64,000 bases of DNA from an uncultured Gemmatimonadales bacterium (GTDB lineage Bacteria > Gemmatimonadota > Gemmatimonadetes > Gemmatimonadales > GWC2-71-9). Below are positions 19,234 to 26,775 of the stretch, piece by piece. Numbering within the stretch: the first letter of the stretch is position 1; every line of letters begins with the position of its first letter. The stretch is taken from positions 192,001 to 256,000 of the forward strand of contig CAWCVB010000006.1 of NCBI GenBank assembly GCA_963798915.1, in the 5' to 3' direction. The notes beneath the pieces were generated by a model, which worked only from the letters and a program-made list of their open reading frames with translations, did not search any database and was not told the DNA's origin. A program made the position numbers and the translations under genes.

Positions 19234-19520
19234 CGCAACTGCCTTCCTTCCATGGACTTGGTAGTGCCTTACCGGAGCCGCCAGCATGCAGCCGCTTCAA
19301 TTCCTGTGCCTGTCAGCGCAGGAGACTGCACTCCGACTTCGGGGCACGCGCAGCCGGTGAAATCCTCATCCAGATTCTCGACATGGCCACCTAAAACGAT
19401 ACCATCGAATAAGTTAACATCACATCCATCACCGGCGCCAGCGAGGGCATGGGCGGGGCCGGCCCGAGGTGATATCGCCCAATTTGAAAGCACGGCGAGC
19501 GATTCGCCAGAATGGCGGCA

Positions 19521-20804
19521 CTACGAGAGTCGGTACACCACCTGGCCGCCGACGATCGTGGCCACCGCCCGGCCCCGAACCGGCCGGCCGTCAAACGGCG
19601 TGTTGCGACTCCTGGACTTGAATGTGGCGGCATCAATGGTCCAGGCCACCTGCGGATCCAGCACGACGACGTCGGCTGGCGCGCCTTTCGCCAAGGAGCC
19701 GCCAGGCAGATGGAAGATCCTGGCCGGGAACGTGCTCATCCGTTCGACCAGCTGCGTCAGGCTCAGCACTCCCCCACCGACCAGCTCACCGCAGGCGAGC
19801 GGGAACGCCGTCTCAAGTCCAATGATGCCATTCGGCGCCTGATCAAACTCCCGCTCCTTGGCGTCGTAGTGATGCGGAGCATGATCGGTCGCAATGACGT
19901 CGATGGTGCCATCCTTCAGCGCGTCGCGGATGGCATCACGGTCTTCAGCCTCGCGCAGCGGCGGATTCATCTTGGCATTGGTGTTGTAATGCTCGCATGC
20001 CTCGTGCGTAAGGGTGAAGTGGTGCGGACATGCCTCAGCCGTCACGTGCAGTCCCTTGTCCTTGGCGCGGCGGATCAGCTCGACCGAGCCGCGGGTGGAC
20101 ATGTGGCAGAGGTGCACATGTCCCCCGGTCAACTCGGCGAGGATGATGTCTCGTGCCACCACGATCTCTTCCGCCGCCGAGGGGATGCCCTGGAGCCCCA
20201 ACCGCGTCGAGACGATTCCCTCATGCATTGCCCCGCCGGCCGCGAGCGACATCTCCTCGCAGTGGTCCGCCACCGGAATGCCGAATACTCGGGCGTACTC
20301 CAGCGCAGTCCGCATCAGGTGGCTCGACTTGACCGGGTGCCCATCATCACTCACCGCCACCGCACCCGCACCGACCAGCTCACCGAACTCCGCCATCTGC
20401 TCGCCTCGCTGCCCCAGCGAGACCGCGCCGATGGGATACACGCGCGCCTTGCCCGCCCGTTGCGCCTGGCTGACAACAAATCCCACAACACCCTGGTTGT
20501 CGCAGACCGGATCAGTGTTGGGCATGGCGCAGACGGCGGTGAATCCGCCGGCCACCGCCGACGTCGCCCCGCTCGCGATGGTCTCGAGTTCTTCCTGGCC
20601 AGGCTCTCGCAGGTGGGTATGCAGGTCGATGAAGCCTGGCGCCACCACGTGCCCGCTTGCATCGATCACCTCGGCATCGTCCGGCGTGCCAAGGCCCCGG
20701 CCGATGGCTTCGACCCGACCGTTGGCCAGCAACAGGTCCGCGACATCATCGTGCCCGCTCGCCGGATCGAGCACCCGGCCGCCCCGGAGCAGGAGCGGCC
20801 TCAT
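19521..20804 (-). CDS. pyrC: Dihydroorotase
   Basis: Motifs [29 protein letters not shown]. Confidence 0.95.
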   Translation of the reverse strand: MRPLLLRGGRVLDPASGHDDVADLLLANGRVEAIGRGLGTPDDAEVIDASGHVVAPGFIDLHTHLREPGQEELETIASGATSAVAGGFTAVCAMPNTDPVCDNQGVVGFVVSQAQRAGKARVYPIGAVSLGQRGEQMAEFGELVGAGAVAVSDDGHPVKSSHLMRTALEYARVFGIPVADHCEEMSLAAGGAMHEGIVSTRLGLQGIPSAAEEIVVARDIILAELTGGHVHLCHMSTRGSVELIRRAKDKGLHVTAEACPHHFTLTHEACEHYNTNAKMNPPLREAEDRDAIRDALKDGTIDVIATDHAPHHYDAKEREFDQAPNGIIGLETAFPLACGELVGGGVLSLTQLVERMSTFPARIFHLPGGSLAKGAPADVVVLDPQVAWTIDAATFKSRSRNTPFDGRPVRGRAVATIVGGQVVYRLS

Positions 20805-21766
20805 CGCGCCTCGCCTTCCAGCGCCGCACGCCCGTCGGCCCGGCCACCTGCAAGCAGGTACAGCGCCGCCATCCGGACTGCCACGCCATTGGTCACCTGC
20901 GGGAGAATCACGCTGTGCTCGCCGTCAGCCACATCCGAGTCAATCTCCACTCCCCGGTTCATGGGACCCGGATGCAGGATCAGCAGATCCTTCGGGGCGC
21001 GTCGCAGGCGTTCGTTGGTGACGCCAAACACCCGGTTGTATTCCCGCAGCGAGGGAATGAAGCCGGCGGTCATGCGCTCGAGCTGCAGCCTGAGGACATT
21101 GAGTGCATCGGCCCACTGGATCGCGTCTTCCACCCGCGGCAGCACTGTGACGCCCATCCTTTCGACATGCCGTGGCAGCAACGAGCCGGGCCCACAGACG
21201 GCGACCGATGCACCCAGTTTGGTGAGTCCCCAGATGTTGCTTCGCGCCACCCGGCTGTGCAGCACGTCGCCGATGATCGCTACCTTGATGCCGTCAAGCC
21301 GGCCTAGCCGGTCACGCAGCGTGAGCATGTCGAGCAGGGCCTGGGTTGGGTGCTCGTGCTTGCCATCACCGGCGTTGATCACGTTGGAATTGATTCGATC
21401 GCCGAGAAACCGGGCCGCGCCCGAAGAGCCATGGCGGATCACCACCATGTCGATCCGCATTGCTTCGAGATTGCGGGCCGTATCGACCAGCGTCTCGCCC
21501 TTGGCGACCGAGCTGCCCAACGCTGCGACGTTGACCGTGTCGGCCGACAGGCGCTTCTCGGCGAATTCGAAGGAAATGCGGGTCCGGGTGCTGGATTCGA
21601 AGAAGAGATTGACGATGGTCTTGCCGCGGAGCGCCGGCACCTTCTTGATCTGACGCTCGCTTACTTCCTTGAAGGGCTCGGCTGTGTCGAGAATCAGGCG
21701 AATCTGGTCGGCGCTCAACGGCTCCAGGCCGACCAGATCCTTACCGAGGACGGCGGCCGCGCTCAC
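20801..21766 (-). CDS. pyrB: Aspartate carbamoyltransferase catalytic subunit
   Basis: Motifs [24 protein letters not shown]. Confidence 0.97.
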   Translation of the reverse strand: MSAAAVLGKDLVGLEPLSADQIRLILDTAEPFKEVSERQIKKVPALRGKTIVNLFFESSTRTRISFEFAEKRLSADTVNVAALGSSVAKGETLVDTARNLEAMRIDMVVIRHGSSGAARFLGDRINSNVINAGDGKHEHPTQALLDMLTLRDRLGRLDGIKVAIIGDVLHSRVARSNIWGLTKLGASVAVCGPGSLLPRHVERMGVTVLPRVEDAIQWADALNVLRLQLERMTAGFIPSLREYNRVFGVTNERLRRAPKDLLILHPGPMNRGVEIDSDVADGEHSVILPQVTNGVAVRMAALYLLAGGRADGRAALEGEAR

Positions 21767-22302
21767 TCCCCGCCCCGGGCGAGCTCGACGACGTCCCTCC
21801 CGTCGAGCTCCGAGACCAGGACGTCCACCCGTTCATCGGCCGTCGGGCTGACAGTAACGCCGACAACGTCGGCCTGAATGGGCAGTTCCCGGCCGCCGCG
21901 ATCCACAAGCACGGCAAGCAGGATGCGCTTCGGCCGCCCGAAGTCGGTGCACTCGTCGAGGGCTGCCCGCACGGTCCGGCCGGTGTAGAGCACGTCATCG
22001 ACGATGATCACTGTCCGTGCATCCAGCTCCGGCAGGCTGGTCTCGCCCACCACCGGCTTGGGGCCGATGGTCTGCAGGTCGTCGCGGTAGAGGGTGATGT
22101 CGAGCTTGCCGCAGGGGATGTTGGTCCGCTCCACCTTGTCGATGAGGCGCTTGATCCGGTAGGCGAGTTCCACGCCCCGGCGCTGGATCCCGACCAGGAC
22201 CAGGCCGTCGGTTCCCCCGGAACGCTCGACCACTTCGGACGCCATGCGCGCGAGGGTGCGCGCGATAGCGCGCTCATCAAGGAGTTCGGTCCGGGTGGGC
22301 AC
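21763..22302 (-). CDS. pyrR: Bifunctional pyr regulator / uracil phosphoribosyltransferase
   Basis: Motifs [37 protein letters not shown] start at 22302. Confidence 0.95.
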   Translation of the reverse strand: MPTRTELLDERAIARTLARMASEVVERSGGTDGLVLVGIQRRGVELAYRIKRLIDKVERTNIPCGKLDITLYRDDLQTIGPKPVVGETSLPELDARTVIIVDDVLYTGRTVRAALDECTDFGRPKRILLAVLVDRGGRELPIQADVVGVTVSPTADERVDVLVSELDGRDVVELARGGE

Positions 22303-22393
22303 GGCGAGGAATGTAGCACCGCCCGCCGACAGGGTACAGCGCTCGGCAGCCGAGAGTCGAACGCGACCGCTGCGTCGGGCGAATACCGCCCCT

Positions 22394-22421
22394 GACTCAA
22401 GGCCCACGACCCACGACCCAT
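22394..22421. repeat. 7-bp-period tract (4x GACCCAC-like)
   Basis: GACTCAA GGCCCAC GACCCAC GACCCAT, just 3' of tRNA-Ser(GGA). Confidence 0.55.
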
Positions 22422-22423
22422 CA

Positions 22424-22511
22424 CGGACAGGGCGGGATTCGAACCCGCGAAACGGGGTTGCCGCTTACGCGCTTTCCAGGCGCGCCTCTTCAACCACTCG
22501 AGCACCTGTCC
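22424..22511 (-). tRNA. tRNA-Ser(GGA), no encoded CCA
   Basis: GGACAGG/CCTGTCC acceptor stem, anticodon arm CGCGC-CTGGAAA-GCGCG, long variable arm, GGTTCGAATC T-loop, G discriminator. Confidence 0.97.
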
Positions 22512-22562
22512 CGGTGGCCCCTGACAGGGCGGCGGCAACATAGCGGGCGCAGGACAGAGACG

Positions 22563-22901
22563 TCAACCGGCTGCCGCGCTTCGGCGGGCAGCCGCCACAC
22601 GTCCTGCCCGCTCCAGCACCGCACTGGACGAGCCATCGGCCTCGGCGCTCGCCAGGAGCCCCGCCAAACCGTAGCCAAGACCCTTCATCGGATTGCGCCA
22701 GAGAATGGAGCCCGTCACCGGCGCGAGGGCAAAGATCTCTCCGCGCGCGCTCGCGTAGAGCATGGCGCCATCCGTCACGACATGGACAAATTCACTTCCC
22801 TTGAGCCGGGTCCGCCAGCGCTCATGTCCAGTAGCCTTGTCGAGCCCGACGACGTGCCCCCGGATTCCAGCGAACAACATGTCCTTTGGCAGACCAGCCA
22901 T
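22563..22901 (-). CDS. Small protein with two PQQ-type beta-propeller repeats
   Basis: Repeats VVGLDKATGHERW and IFALAPVTGSILW match the AxDxxTGxxxW blade motif. Confidence 0.75.
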   Translation of the reverse strand: MAGLPKDMLFAGIRGHVVGLDKATGHERWRTRLKGSEFVHVVTDGAMLYASARGEIFALAPVTGSILWRNPMKGLGYGLAGLLASAEADGSSSAVLERAGRVAAARRSAAAG

Positions 22902-23143
22902 CAGAGCTCCTCAGGTCCGGTGTTGCGGGCGGTACGATCCGCGCGCCAGATGGCGACGCCAAGCCCGGTCAGGCCGACGGCGAGAAACATGAGACCTGGC
23001 GCCGGCCGGGGAAACCCATCGTCCGGCGGCGGGCAGGTGCCCGTCTCGAGACAGTAGCTCCGCTGGCCAATGTCATCCATGCCGCGCGGTGCGTTGGGGA
23101 CGACTGCCTGCAAGAGTACGGCTGAAAGCATCACGCTGATCAT
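22901..23143 (-). CDS. Small hypothetical protein (hydrophobic N-terminus, CxxxxxC, Pro-rich linker, C-terminal TM)
   Basis: 80-aa ORF whose TGA overlaps the next ATG (TGATG); organised protein-like architecture. Confidence 0.6.
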   Translation of the reverse strand: MISVMLSAVLLQAVVPNAPRGMDDIGQRSYCLETGTCPPPDDGFPRPAPGLMFLAVGLTGLGVAIWRADRTARNTGPEEL

Positions 23144-23204
23144 GAGGAACAATTACTTGATTCTTCACGATATTGCGAGCGGCTTCCGATCATCGTTCCG
23201 GCCG

Positions 23205-24533
23205 ATGACACCTCCAGTAACCTCGGTCGGGGCCCGGCGCGCGCTGCCGCAGCAGGGCGCCGCGCCCTCGCCGCCGCCATTCTCGTTGCTTGTTGCTCAC
23301 TTCGGACTGCTGGTTTCCAGCCTGCTCCTCGGAAGCCTGGGCCTGGTGCGCGTGGCCCCACTGCTTGCGACAGGAAACTTCCTGGCGCCTCGCGTCCTCG
23401 CTGTCGTGCACCTGTTCACACTCGGGGTGATACTGACCGCGATCGCGGGGGTGCTCCAGCAATTCTATCCGATGGCGCTCGGCTGGGGCCTCCGCAGTGT
23501 CCGAGTAGCGTTCCTCGGTGTCGGTCTGCTGATGCTCGGTGTCACGTCAGTTGCATCAGGGTTCTGGTTCTGGCATCCGGTGCTGCTCGGCACGGGCTGG
23601 ATCCTCCTGGTTGGTGCGGTGGGGTGCGTGTCCTGGAACCTGCTGCCCGCCCGGCGACGCTCACCACAGGCTCGATTTGTCGGTGGCCTCGTCAGCGCCG
23701 GTCACGTGGCGCTGGGTTTTGCCATGCTGTTCGCGGCCATTCGCATCGGAGACCTGCTTGGCTGGTGGACCGCAGACCGTCTCGGTACCATCGCGGCGCA
23801 CTACCACCTGGCCGGGCTGGGGTTTGGCACGCTCACCGCGCTCGGCATCGGCTCCCGCATGCTCCCGATGTTTCTGGTAGCTGAGGGAGCACCCGCCAGG
23901 CCCGTCCCATGGATTGCCGCCTTCGCGGCCATTGGACTGGCCTGCTTCTCGATCGGTGCCCCACTGCGGGTGAGATGGCTGGTGTGGCTGGGCGCCTCCT
24001 TCATGTTCGCCGCGGTGCTGACCCATGTCGCCGTCGCGCAGCGATACTTCCGCCGGCGCCTGCGCCGGCAGCTCGATCCGGCCATGCAGTTTGTCAGAAT
24101 GGCGTTCATCAATCTTCTGGCAGCGGCGCTAGCCGGCGCCGTGCTCCTGTTGGCGCCGCGCTTCCACTCGTCGCTGTGGATCGTCTATGGTCTGCTCGGC
24201 CTTCTGGGCTGGCTGGTGACCTTGATCATGGGGATCCTGCAGAAACTGGTGCCGCACCTGACCCGGATGCGGCTCTTTGTGCGGACCGGCCAGCCCATTC
24301 CGGCCGCCGACACCCTGATGGATCCCATGCTGGGGCGGATCTCGCTGATTGGCATGGAGAGCGGCCTGATCGCACTGGTGAGCGGGGTCGTCATGGTCAG
24401 CGCGAGCGTGACCACGCTTGGTGCACTGCTCTGGCTCGCCGGGATCCTCCTCGTCGTTGCGCAGTTTGTTCGCATTCCACTCATGGCCCGGGGCTGGTGC
24501 CCGCTGCCGAGTGAGGATGGAAGTGAGAAGTAG
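23205..24533 (+). CDS. Polytopic (~12 TM) membrane protein, NnrS/heme-copper-oxidase-like internal repeats
   Basis: Three repeated segments HLFTLG...QFYP, HYHLAGLG...RMLP and YGLLGLLG...KLVP; probable ATG at 23205. Confidence 0.7.
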   Translation: MTPPVTSVGARRALPQQGAAPSPPPFSLLVAHFGLLVSSLLLGSLGLVRVAPLLATGNFLAPRVLAVVHLFTLGVILTAIAGVLQQFYPMALGWGLRSVRVAFLGVGLLMLGVTSVASGFWFWHPVLLGTGWILLVGAVGCVSWNLLPARRRSPQARFVGGLVSAGHVALGFAMLFAAIRIGDLLGWWTADRLGTIAAHYHLAGLGFGTLTALGIGSRMLPMFLVAEGAPARPVPWIAAFAAIGLACFSIGAPLRVRWLVWLGASFMFAAVLTHVAVAQRYFRRRLRRQLDPAMQFVRMAFINLLAAALAGAVLLLAPRFHSSLWIVYGLLGLLGWLVTLIMGILQKLVPHLTRMRLFVRTGQPIPAADTLMDPMLGRISLIGMESGLIALVSGVVMVSASVTTLGALLWLAGILLVVAQFVRIPLMARGWCPLPSEDGSEK

Positions 24534-24589
24534 GAAGGGAGAAGTGGGAAGTAGGAAGTGGGAAGTGAGAAGTCGAAAATTGGACGTCA
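24520..24589. repeat. Purine-rich heptamer tandem repeat (GAAGTRR) x8 plus 2 degenerate units
   Basis: GAAGTGA GAAGTAG GAAGGGA GAAGTGG GAAGTAG GAAGTGG GAAGTGA GAAGTCG AAAATTG GACGTCA. Confidence 0.9.
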
Positions 24590-24631
24590 TGATGCTGGAA
24601 GTCGAATGCCACCACTTTGGAGGGCTGACGC

Positions 24632-24850
24632 ATGCACCGAGATGTTACCGCCGAGATTGGGCCGACCCTCACCCTCCGCGAGCTGGTAGCGGTCCGGCCC
24701 GAAACCCGCGCTGTCCTGACCGAGCACGGGATGGATGCCTGCTGCGGAGGTGACCTGACGATCGAGCAGGCCGCCAAGGTGCACGGCGTGGAGTTGGGAG
24801 CGTTGCTCGAGAAGTTGAAGGCGGCGCCGCGCCAAGCGCACTGCGGCTAG
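24632..24850 (+). CDS. Stand-alone DUF542/ScdA_N (Ric N-terminal-like) domain protein
   Basis: TLRELV...AVLTEHGMDACCGGDLTIEQAAKVHGV matches the GxDxCCGG motif; RBS GGAGG. Confidence 0.85.
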   Translation: MHRDVTAEIGPTLTLRELVAVRPETRAVLTEHGMDACCGGDLTIEQAAKVHGVELGALLEKLKAAPRQAHCG

Positions 24851-24864
24851 CGCACTGCCCATGG

Positions 24865-25230
24865 CGCGCAGCGGGCGGAGGCCGCCGGAGGGAGCATAGC
24901 GACCGCAGGTGAACCCTCGGCGTCCAAGCCGATCACGCACCAGACTGTTCCTGAAGGACAGCGGACAGGGAGGGATTCGAGCCGGAGCCCGCGCGGCGGG
25001 CGGAGGCCACCGGAGGGAGCATAGCGACCGCAGGTGAACCCTCGGCGTCCAAGCCGATCACGCACCAGACTGTTCCTGAAGGACAGCGGACAGGGAGGGA
25101 TTCGAGCCGGAGCCCGCGCGGCGGGCGGAGGCCACCGGAGGGAGCATAGCGACCGCAGGTGAACCCTCGGCGTCCAAGCCGATCACGCACCAGACTGTTC
25201 CTGAAGGACAGCGGACAGGGAGGGATTCGA
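24865..25230 (-). repeat. tRNA-linked tandem repeat, 125-bp period, ~2.9 copies, sharing the 3' 19 nt of tRNA-Ser(CGA)
   Basis: GCGGACAGGGAGGGATTCGA occurs at 24961, 25086 and 25211; two identical full units plus one truncated unit with 2 substitutions. Confidence 0.97.
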
Positions 25231-25298
25231 ACCCTCGATACCCTTGCGGGTATGGCGGTTTTCGAGACCGCTACCTTCAGCCACTCGGTCACCTGTCC
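25212..25298 (-). tRNA. tRNA-Ser(CGA), no encoded CCA
   Basis: GGACAGG/CCTGTCC acceptor stem, anticodon arm GCGGT-CTCGAAA-ACCGC, long variable arm, GGTTCGAATC. Confidence 0.97.
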
Positions 25299-25485
25299 AG
25301 CGCCGGCCCCAGGGCCAGCGGCGCGAATTGTATACCGGCGACGACAGGTTTTCCAGCGCTGCCTCCGCCCTCCACCCTTGGCGTCACCTGAAGCGAAGTT
25401 CACCCATCGCTCACGTGAGTTTCAGCCGTCCGAGGCTATGTAAGAGGGGCCGATACCGTCGCAACCCGCCTCAGAGGAGGTCCCC

Positions 25486-25887
25486 ATGCCGGTCTCCGCG
25501 CTGATGAAGTCACCCGCATTCACCATCGAGCAGGACGCCACCATCGCCGAAGCCATCATCACGCTGGCCGACGAACATATCTCGGCTCTGCCCGTCGTCG
25601 ACCACGCGGGCAAGCTCGTGGGAATGCTATCCACGACTGATATCCTGCAGGCAGCGTCAGAATTGAACGAGGGCGAGGGCCGGGACATGCTCTTCGACCG
25701 CACCACGGCCGGCGACCTGATGACACGGCACGTGGTCACCGTCGGCATCGACGCCTCCTTGCATGAGGCCGCGCGCCTGATGCTCTATGGCGCCGTGCAC
25801 CGCCTGGTCGTGACGGACAACGATGCGCCGCTCGGGGTGATCTCCCAGACCGACCTGGTAGCTGCATTCGCTACCGGACGGGTGTGA
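25486..25887 (+). CDS. CBS domain-pair protein
   Basis: Motifs ISALPVVD..GKLVGMLSTTDI and HRLVVTD..PLGVISQTDL; RBS GAGGAGG. Confidence 0.92.
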   Translation: MPVSALMKSPAFTIEQDATIAEAIITLADEHISALPVVDHAGKLVGMLSTTDILQAASELNEGEGRDMLFDRTTAGDLMTRHVVTVGIDASLHEAARLMLYGAVHRLVVTDNDAPLGVISQTDLVAAFATGRV

Positions 25888-26082
25888 TAGACCGAGCCCG
25901 CCTGGCATCCTGCCCTGAGGCCGAACGCCAGCCGCGGCGTTCCCGCTGGGAACGCCAACCGGGGTTTTCTCTGGCGCGCAGCAGGACCATCGTTCGAGCG
26001 TGACCGGCATGGGCGTCAGGGCGGCGCGGAGGTCTGCCATGCCTCGCCCTGCTCCCGGCGCCGGTGACGGGAGGATACGAAA

Positions 26083-26775
26083 GTGCAGATCTACAACGAT
26101 CGGAGAGAAGCAGGACGGGCACTCGCTGCTCGACTCCACGGAAGGTTTGCCGGCAAGGATCTCCTGGTCCTCGGTCTGCCGCGCGGCGGGGTGCCAGTCG
26201 CCTGGGAGGTCGCCCGGGCACTGGGCGCACCGCTGGATGTCTACCTCGTCCGCAAACTTGGCGTACCGGGACACGAAGAGCTCGCCATGGGCGCCATCGC
26301 GAGCGGCGGCGTCCGGATTCTGAATCACGATCTTATAGCGCAACTGGGCATCCCGGGGCCAATGATCGACCAGGTCACTGCGCGCGAACAGCGGGAACTG
26401 GCCCGTCGTGAGCGGCTCTTTCGGGGTGACCGGCCCGAGCCTCGCATTGCCGGACGCACTGTGGTGGTAGTCGACGACGGGCTGGCGACAGGCTCGACCA
26501 TGCTGGCTGCCGTGGAGGCGTTAAGGGCGGAGCATCCCTCGGAGATCGTGGTGGCCGTGCCGGTGGCTGCCAGCGACGCATGTTCCGCACTCACGCGCAT
26601 CGCGGATGACTGCGTGTGCGCAGCCACGCCAGTACCTTTTCATGGGGTTGGCGAGTGGTATCGCAACTTCGAGCAAACGCCCGATGATGAAGTGCGCGCC
26701 TTGCTGCGGCACGTCGCCGAGTCACCCGCGGCCGTGGGCGAGAAGCGGCGGGATGGGAGACAATCGTGGGAGTGA
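26083..26775 (+). CDS. Phosphoribosyltransferase-family protein
   Basis: Motifs DRREAGRALA, LPRGGVPVA, RKLGVPGHEELAMGA and PRPP loop VVDDGLATGST. Confidence 0.92.
   Translation: MQIYNDRREAGRALAARLHGRFAGKDLLVLGLPRGGVPVAWEVARALGAPLDVYLVRKLGVPGHEELAMGAIASGGVRILNHDLIAQLGIPGPMIDQVTAREQRELARRERLFRGDRPEPRIAGRTVVVVDDGLATGSTMLAAVEALRAEHPSEIVVAVPVAASDACSALTRIADDCVCAATPVPFHGVGEWYRNFEQTPDDEVRALLRHVAESPAAVGEKRRDGRQSWE

Noticed and set aside
19512..21653. 713-aa plus-strand ORF, and similar long antisense ORFs (32699-34849, 50392-52233, 3804-5267, 2794-4191)
   Set aside because: Shadow ORFs antisense to well-supported genes in high-GC DNA, with no recognisable motifs
22512..25211. Integrative element or prophage bounded by att repeats
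   Set aside because: No integrase or phage genes. The tRNA 3' duplications enclose only 106-bp segments, and the second tRNA is a complete gene with a different anticodon
24865..25230. CRISPR array interpretation of the 125-bp repeats
   Set aside because: Whole units are identical (no unique spacers), the period is too long, and no cas genes are present
22424..25298. One of the long-variable-arm tRNAs being tRNA-Sec, given selB nearby
   Set aside because: Anticodons are GGA and CGA with 7-bp acceptor stems, so both are ordinary tRNA-Ser
24587..25443. ORFs 24587-24940, 24847-25065, 24933-25403 and 25159-25443 with repeated peptides
   Set aside because: They are translations of the DNA repeat and tRNA in shifting frames (125 is not a multiple of 3) and overlap real features
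25885..25890. Selenocysteine read-through at the CBS gene TGA
   Set aside because: Immediately followed by an in-frame TAG, and the domain is already complete
25936..25956. Perfect 9-bp hairpin GGCGTTCCC-GCT-GGGAACGCC after the CBS gene as a terminator
   Set aside because: No adjacent U-tract; function cannot be supported from sequence alone
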